Assembly: GCA_020348985.1 (NCBI GenBank) | Contig: CP070761.1 | Coordinates: 663,123 to 727,122 of the forward strand | Direction: 5' to 3' | Source: Candidatus Thorarchaeota archaeon | GTDB lineage: Archaea > Asgardarchaeota > Thorarchaeia > Thorarchaeales > Thorarchaeaceae | Length of the DNA stretch: 64,000 nucleotides | Notes under the pieces: generated by a model | Seen by the model: the letters and a program-made list of their open reading frames with translations, nothing else | Databases searched by the model: none | Told to the model about the DNA's origin: nothing | Part shown: in pieces, positions 58,490 through 64,000 of the stretch | How the letters are laid out: each line of letters begins with the position of its first letter | Position numbering within the stretch: the stretch's first letter is position 1 | Position numbers and translations under genes: made by a program

Positions 58490-59023
58490 TCACTCACCTG
58501 ATTGCGCATCTACATCCAGAGAGAGATAGAAGACGTTCCAGATGTTGTCGCCATCAACAACACCGTAGGCCTCTTTGTAACCCCTTATGCGGAATAGAGC
58601 GATGGCGGACGGATTGTCTGTGTAATGGACAATCTCGTTGTGGCCAAGTTCCCTCATGAAGTCTTCAAAGAAGTCGATGAAGGCACTTCCGTAACCTCGA
58701 CCTCTGTAATCTACTCCAAGCCACAACTCATGTAGTTCAATGAACTCGGTGTCCCGATCCATGAGCTGTTCGTGAATCGAAATGGCCTGTTCAGTTCGTT
58801 TGTCGCCTGGAGTGTGCTCAGTGGCACTTGATTCGTGCCAGATAGCATGTCCGATAATCCTGCCCGAAAGCCTCCAAGTTATCAAATGATTTGGATCGCT
58901 CCGAATGTGTTTCTCTTCCGTAGGACCAAATCTCCATGGCATGGTGGTCGAGTAGTATTCTAGGAATTCTTCGTCGACCTCTTCACCCATCTTGAACTCA
59001 ACATCTTCTTTCATTTCTACCAT
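58490..59023 (-). CDS. GNAT family N-acetyltransferase
   Basis: LWLGVDYRGRGYGS motif A; NPSAIALFRIRGY. Confidence 0.88.
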   Translation of the reverse strand: MVEMKEDVEFKMGEEVDEEFLEYYSTTMPWRFGPTEEKHIRSDPNHLITWRLSGRIIGHAIWHESSATEHTPGDKRTEQAISIHEQLMDRDTEFIELHELWLGVDYRGRGYGSAFIDFFEDFMRELGHNEIVHYTDNPSAIALFRIRGYKEAYGVVDGDNIWNVFYLSLDVDAQSGE

Positions 59024-59028
59024 CGATT

Positions 59029-59622
59029 TCACACTCCTGATCGGATGAGATCAGACCTGGAAATGATGCCGGTTAGTCTACCTTGCTTGACGACAGCTAT
59101 GGCCTGATACTGTTCGAGCAAATCGGATACTGAGTCAATTGGAGTCTTTTCGTCAACTGTGGGCACTCCTCCCTGACTCATGATTGCCTCAACTGTGACC
59201 TCCCCAAGGTCAAGCCCAAGATTCCGAATGATGTCAAGTTCGGTAACAAGACCTATGACTTGTCTTCCTCTAACAACAGGCAGTTGCGAAAAACTCCTTC
59301 TTCTCATGATGCGAATTGCGGAGTTGACAACTTCTCTTGCCCCTATAGTCACCGGATTAGGAGTCATAATATCTGCACAGACCTTCTTCTCTTGGTCACT
59401 AAGAGCTTCAAGTATCATAAGAACAACGGAATGACGTGGGTCGACTCTTCCGCTCTCAATTCGAGCAATGTAAGATTGAGAAACTCCCACTCTGTCCGCC
59501 AACTCCTCCTGACTTATGTTGGCGCTCTTGCGCATGAAGTGAATCTGATCTCTAGCCCTTTTCTTGAGCACCTCTCTACGTTTCAGGATTCCTTTCTTTG
59601 AACTCACCGAAAAGATCTCCAT
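59029..59622 (-). CDS. XRE-HTH plus tandem CBS domain transcriptional regulator
   Basis: SQEELADRVGVSQSYIARIESGRVDPR; CBS pair with FSQLPV and GIISRSDL. Confidence 0.92.
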   Translation of the reverse strand: MEIFSVSSKKGILKRREVLKKRARDQIHFMRKSANISQEELADRVGVSQSYIARIESGRVDPRHSVVLMILEALSDQEKKVCADIMTPNPVTIGAREVVNSAIRIMRRRSFSQLPVVRGRQVIGLVTELDIIRNLGLDLGEVTVEAIMSQGGVPTVDEKTPIDSVSDLLEQYQAIAVVKQGRLTGIISRSDLIRSGV

Positions 59623-59763
59623 ACACTGGAATCATGCAGTAGTGCATAATTCTACATGTGTTCTAGGTACATTCTGCATAACCTATCCTAATCTATATAA
59701 GCACTTTCACTCGGCTCGGTGGTAAGAATTTGAAGGAATTCCGCTTCATACGAGTTGATTGAA

Positions 59764-60966
59764 ATGGATATTGAAGTAACACGGGGCGAAGGGATTCCCG
59801 TCCCAGAGAGAAAGGTGGAGATTGTCGAGAGAAAAGGGAAAGGACACCCTGATACTCTGTGCGACAAAGCAGCCGAAGAACTCTCGATCAAATTGAGCGA
59901 ATACTACATGGAGGAATTCGGAGGGATTCAGCATCACAACGTCGACAAGGTCCTATTGGTCGGCGGTCAGTCAGTAACACCCTTCGGCGGTGGCGATGTC
60001 ATTGAACCAATCTACATTCTATTGAGCGGCCGTGCAGTCTCCGAGGTTGTCAGAAACGGCGATAAGAGCATTGTGCCCGTTGGCAAGTTTGCAGTAGAAC
60101 ATACAAAGCAATGGCTGCAGGGGGACTTGCCTCATCTAGACGTGAGCTCTGATGTCATTGTTGACTACAAGATACGTGCAGGGAGCACAGACTTGGTTGG
60201 CAACTTCGAGGTTGGAGTTGAAGTACCCAGAGCCAACGACACCAGCTTTGGCGTGGCTTATGGACCTATGTCAGATACTGAGATTCTAGTGCTTAAAGCT
60301 GAAGAGCTTCTGAATACACCCAAGATAAAGAAGGATTGGCCTCAGATTGGTGAAGACATCAAGGTCATGGGTACAAGAGTTGGAGACAGTATCCACATCC
60401 AAGTCGCTGCAGCTATAATCTCAACCGAAACTCGAGACGCTGATGAATACGCGGGGGTAATGCAAGGAATAAACGATGTTGTATGTGACATGGCCGCAAA
60501 GATAACAGACCTAGACGTTGAAGTTAGTGTGAACACGGCAGATGAGCCGGACGAAGGTCTATTCTATCTGACAGTCACGGGCACCTCAGCAGAGCATGGT
60601 GATGATGGACAAGTAGGCCGGGGTAATAGAGCCAACGGACTGATTACGCCCTATAGACCAATGACCCTAGAAGCTGCCGCTGGGAAGAATCCAATATCGC
60701 ATGTCGGCAAAACGTACAATGTTGCCGCAAGGGAGATTGTCAACAAAGTCATTCTGGAGCACCCAGATTTGACACAAGTCTACTGCTATGTTGTAAGTCA
60801 AATTGGGGCGCCCATAACAGAACCAAAGGCAGTCAACGTCGAGCTCTATGGAGAATGTGATGTGGACAAAGTCAGAGGATCTGTTCAGAGCATAATTGAA
60901 GAAGAGTGTGCAAAGCTGCCAGAGGTATGGAGAGGCTTTGTGACCCGCAAGTACCAGCTGTGGTAG
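59764..60966 (+). CDS. mat: Archaeal S-adenosylmethionine synthetase
   Basis: VERKGKGHPD, HHNVDK, ANDTS, GEDIKVMG, GDDGQVGRGNRANGLITPYRP, GKNPISHVGK. Confidence 0.97.
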   Translation: MDIEVTRGEGIPVPERKVEIVERKGKGHPDTLCDKAAEELSIKLSEYYMEEFGGIQHHNVDKVLLVGGQSVTPFGGGDVIEPIYILLSGRAVSEVVRNGDKSIVPVGKFAVEHTKQWLQGDLPHLDVSSDVIVDYKIRAGSTDLVGNFEVGVEVPRANDTSFGVAYGPMSDTEILVLKAEELLNTPKIKKDWPQIGEDIKVMGTRVGDSIHIQVAAAIISTETRDADEYAGVMQGINDVVCDMAAKITDLDVEVSVNTADEPDEGLFYLTVTGTSAEHGDDGQVGRGNRANGLITPYRPMTLEAAAGKNPISHVGKTYNVAAREIVNKVILEHPDLTQVYCYVVSQIGAPITEPKAVNVELYGECDVDKVRGSVQSIIEEECAKLPEVWRGFVTRKYQLW

Positions 60967-60972
60967 TTCTAA

Positions 60973-61015
60973 TTGCTAGGGCATCATGAATGGGTGCCCT
61001 AAGCAACTTTCTTTT
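60973..61015 (+). terminator. Hairpin plus T-tract after mat
   Basis: TTGCTAGGGCATC...GGTGCCCTAAGCAA followed by CTTTCTTTT. Confidence 0.65.
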
Positions 61016-61198
61016 CGTTACTTGTCATTGTTCAATCGACAGCAAGTCTTTCTGTCGAATGAACCCAAGTCTCAATAGAATCGGGAACTCAATCTTGGAT
61101 GGGCTAGTGAGATTGTTTTTAAGCAAAGAACACAACTGCTCACATAGACAACCCCATGTCAAACGCCATAGGGGTGTTTATGTTAGGAGACACTTAGG

Positions 61199-61753
61199 AT
61201 GGTTAAAGATCCCATCGCCAAGCGAATCAGAAAGAAGGCTGCCAAAGACATCAAGGGCGGCCTGATTGGGAAGATTACCCATTATATTCCAGGATGGCAT
61301 GGTTATCAGGAGAAGGAGGAGCGCCGCGCTGCTGACAAGGTACTCAGAGAGTTCCTCGCTGACCAGCTTCGTCTTGTCAAGCAAGACCTTGAAAAACTGC
61401 AGATGATGGTCGTTGACTATAACCTGACAAAGACTTGGGAAACCTTTGATCGCATGCTTGCGTTATGCGACAAGATCGAGTCTGCTATCAGGTACGCTGA
61501 TTATGGCTATGCCGCTTGGGGCTCAAAAGAGAAGATCAATGAGAAGGAACTCGACAGGATGTATGAGTTCGATACAACTATCATTGATGACATAGGTAAC
61601 ATCAACGATGTCGTTGAGGAGTTTCTTGATGAAATGAATCAAGGCAAGTTTGATGAAGCCTGGAACTACACCTACCGAATGTGGCAAATCATGCAGCGCC
61701 TCGAAGAGAAATGGAATCAGCGCGAGGGCTACTTGAAAGGCTACCAGGAGTAG
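61199..61753 (+). CDS. Conserved helical hypothetical protein, copy 1
   Basis: IPGWHGYQEKEERRAADKVLRE, IRYADYGY, LDRMYEFD; about 91% aa identical to 62270-62830. Confidence 0.85.
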   Translation: MVKDPIAKRIRKKAAKDIKGGLIGKITHYIPGWHGYQEKEERRAADKVLREFLADQLRLVKQDLEKLQMMVVDYNLTKTWETFDRMLALCDKIESAIRYADYGYAAWGSKEKINEKELDRMYEFDTTIIDDIGNINDVVEEFLDEMNQGKFDEAWNYTYRMWQIMQRLEEKWNQREGYLKGYQE

Positions 61754-61767
61754 TAGTGTAAGAAGAT

Positions 61768-61808
61768 TCTGGGGACTAGTTCCCCAGAGATTCTCTATTT
61801 CTTTTTTC
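61768..61808 (+). terminator. Hairpin plus T-tract after copy 1
   Basis: TCTGGGGA-CTAGT-TCCCCAGA, then TTTCTTTTTT. Confidence 0.7.
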
Positions 61809-61846
61809 CGGAGTCCATTCGATTGGATCTTCTTGCGTTTCCAACA

Positions 61847-62161
61847 ATGAATCAAATCCTCCTTGTCTTGATGATCTACTTAGTTGCGCTCATCTGGAGA
61901 AACAGGAAAGGGTCAACAAATTTCGTGTACGCAGCAATCGGACTCTGCATTGCATTCGTGGTCTTGGATTTCAGTCTTGTAAACAACATGTTTTCTACAT
62001 TGTCGCAGTACGTGCCAACCATTCCACCTGTCTCCCCCACACCCCATCAGGTATACTCGAACTTCCTCGCTAATGGTCTGGTTCCGGTGGTTATTCTGCT
62101 GTACTTGATGACAATAGAAGTTACATTCTACAATTGGCGTCACGGTTTAGCACAACACTAG
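61847..62161 (+). CDS. Small 3-TM membrane protein
   Basis: Three hydrophobic segments; fills the gap between the duplicated genes. Confidence 0.55.
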   Translation: MNQILLVLMIYLVALIWRNRKGSTNFVYAAIGLCIAFVVLDFSLVNNMFSTLSQYVPTIPPVSPTPHQVYSNFLANGLVPVVILLYLMTIEVTFYNWRHGLAQH

Positions 62162-62269
62162 GCAAGCGAGGTGGCCTTAGATTATTATAGAGGTCACTGC
62201 ATCTCTTAGGTAAGTACTCTCTAGATAGAATAGGAAAGGCAATGAGATTGAAAGGGAGGTCCAAAGAGA

Positions 62270-62830
62270 TTGGGAAAAGTCAAAGATCCTATTGCGAAGA
62301 GGATTAGGAAGAAGGCGGCCAAGGACATCAAAGGAGGGTTCTTTGGCAAGATTACGCACTACATTCCAGGATGGCATGGCTATCAGGAAAAGGAGGAACG
62401 CCGAGCTGCAGATAAGGTACTCCGCGAGTTTCTCGCAGACCAGCTTCGTCTTGTCAAGCAAGACTTGGAGAAGCTCCAGATGATGGTCGTCGACTACGAC
62501 CTTAGGAAGACCTGGGAGACTTTTGACAGAATGCTTGCATTGAGCGACAAGATTGAGTCATCAATAAGATATGCTGACTATGGATATGCTGCCTCCGGTT
62601 CTAAAGAACGGATCAACGAAAGAGAGCTGGATCAAATGTATGAGTTCGACGCCACAGTCATTGAGGACATAGGCAACATCAATGATGTAGTGGAGGAGTT
62701 CCTTGATCAGATGAACCAGAGCAAATTCGACGAGGCTTGGAACTACACCTACCGAATGTGGCAAATCATGCAACGTCTCGAAGAGAAGTGGAATCAGCGC
62801 GAGGGATACATGAAGGGATATCAAGAATAG
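62270..62830 (+). CDS. Conserved helical hypothetical protein, copy 2
   Basis: Paralog of 61199-61753; TTG start after GGAGG. Confidence 0.85.
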   Translation: MGKVKDPIAKRIRKKAAKDIKGGFFGKITHYIPGWHGYQEKEERRAADKVLREFLADQLRLVKQDLEKLQMMVVDYDLRKTWETFDRMLALSDKIESSIRYADYGYAASGSKERINERELDQMYEFDATVIEDIGNINDVVEEFLDQMNQSKFDEAWNYTYRMWQIMQRLEEKWNQREGYMKGYQE

Positions 62831-62892
62831 TCAGTGAAATCTCGAGTAATCTCAGTCACTTTTGGATACAACGCTTTCCAAATGCGATGGAG

Positions 62893-63819
62893 CTAGCTGA
62901 TTAGAACACTCAGATTCCTTCTGAGAACTGCGAACGCCTCAGGAGAAGGGAGTCCACCAAATCCTCGCAGTTTCCGCCCCAACGTTCCGAGAAGCTCCTC
63001 CGTGTGATTGCCCTCAAGGATTGCTTGTGTTTCTTCTGAGATCACATCTTCAAGCCTTATGGTCCGCTTCAAAACGTCTTGGTTGGCCGGACAAGGGGCC
63101 TGGCATTTCATGCATCCCATCAATGCATTATGAGAGTCAGGATGAATGAATTCAGGGAACTCACCACCTATCTCATTGTAGAGTGTCACGCATCTACCAA
63201 CATCGATCACGAACTTGTCCTCGGATATACACCCTTGGGGACAGCTATCCATGCAGATTGTGCAATTGTGACATTCGTCCATCATTCGGGCTTCAACCCA
63301 ATTGTCTGTGCTGAATTCGTGGTCGGAAAAGAATGCATGAAGGGTGAGGAGTGTGCCCATTCCATCAACATAGCAGATGTTGTTCCGGCCATATCTTCCC
63401 AATCCGCTCCTCACTGCCAATCTCTTGAGAAGCAAATGCTGGTTAGCATATTCTAGTCGACTTCCGGGTTCTCCTATGATCTTCTGATGAATTGTATTCA
63501 TAATTTGCTCCACGGTCCGTCCACTGGAGTAGTATTGTGGTGGCACGATGGTCTCGTACTGTTTCCCGTCAGCGCGGAAGTTCACCAAAGCTAATGGAGT
63601 CCTTACGGCCAAGACTACTACTGACTTGGCCTCGGGAAACGAATCCGGAACTGCGTACCGTTTTCCTTCGATGTAGCTTAGGAAAGTCTTGTTGTCGCTA
63701 AGGTGCCCTTCTTCATAGAGGTCGTCAAAATCCCTCTGAAGTTCTTCGAGGTGTTCAATTGAGACCGTAGCATATCTGAACTCCTCATCTAGCAAAACTC
63801 GTTCGTTCACTTCTGTCAT
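62893..63819 (-). CDS. Epoxyqueuosine reductase (QueG)-like double [4Fe-4S] protein
   Basis: KRLAVRSGLGRYGRN, CHNCTICMDSCP, RC, GCMKCQAPCPAN. Confidence 0.78.
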   Translation of the reverse strand: MTEVNERVLLDEEFRYATVSIEHLEELQRDFDDLYEEGHLSDNKTFLSYIEGKRYAVPDSFPEAKSVVVLAVRTPLALVNFRADGKQYETIVPPQYYSSGRTVEQIMNTIHQKIIGEPGSRLEYANQHLLLKRLAVRSGLGRYGRNNICYVDGMGTLLTLHAFFSDHEFSTDNWVEARMMDECHNCTICMDSCPQGCISEDKFVIDVGRCVTLYNEIGGEFPEFIHPDSHNALMGCMKCQAPCPANQDVLKRTIRLEDVISEETQAILEGNHTEELLGTLGRKLRGFGGLPSPEAFAVLRRNLSVLIS

Positions 63820-64000
63820 TTTCTCTTCTGTCGTGTTTTTCTCTTCCGGTCGCTTGTTTCAGAATCCAGCCTCAGACATGAACAAGCTATCGATTGAACC
63901 AGGACGTCTCTTTGCCGTTTTGAACACAATCATCGAAGCAATGGTCTATCATAATCAGCTCGATTGGTTGAAAGCAGTTAGGTGATGCCAAAGACTCTCT

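Noticed and set aside
1-64000. CRISPR array, tRNA/rRNA genes, transposases or integrases
   Set aside because: I saw no regularly spaced repeats, cloverleaf/T-loop signatures or recombinase motifs in the intergenic gaps or ORFs.

Overview
Gene-dense archaeal chromosomal window. Archaeal-type SAM synthetase, CoaD, TrpRS, GlyRS, Nre and GGR identify it as archaeal. Several eukaryote-like trafficking or AAA-adaptor folds point to an Asgard archaeon, probably Thorarchaeota-like (inference). Housekeeping and metabolic genes include mutS, mutL, rpe, transaldolase, class II HMG-CoA reductase, ferritin, AlaX, antiporters and an ABC exporter. The most notable elements are: (i) two tandem paralogous giant (~1950 and ~2440 aa) W/Y-rich surface proteins with the same head but 1 vs 5 Ig-like stalk repeats, a shared GGP-TM-poly-Arg tail and similar promoters, next to a 965-aa SpoIIM-domain polytopic protein; (ii) a membrane-anchored protein resembling an adaptin/coatomer appendage; (iii) a CINP/C1orf109-like protein; (iv) two convergent alpha-SNAP-like helical-repeat proteins; (v) an Nre-like protein with a PIP-like box at the N-terminus; (vi) a 52-bp degenerate duplication at the edge of an AT-richer block; (vii) tandem duplicated gene pairs. 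I saw no rRNA, tRNA, CRISPR array or transposase. All family calls come from motif recognition by eye, with no database searches.
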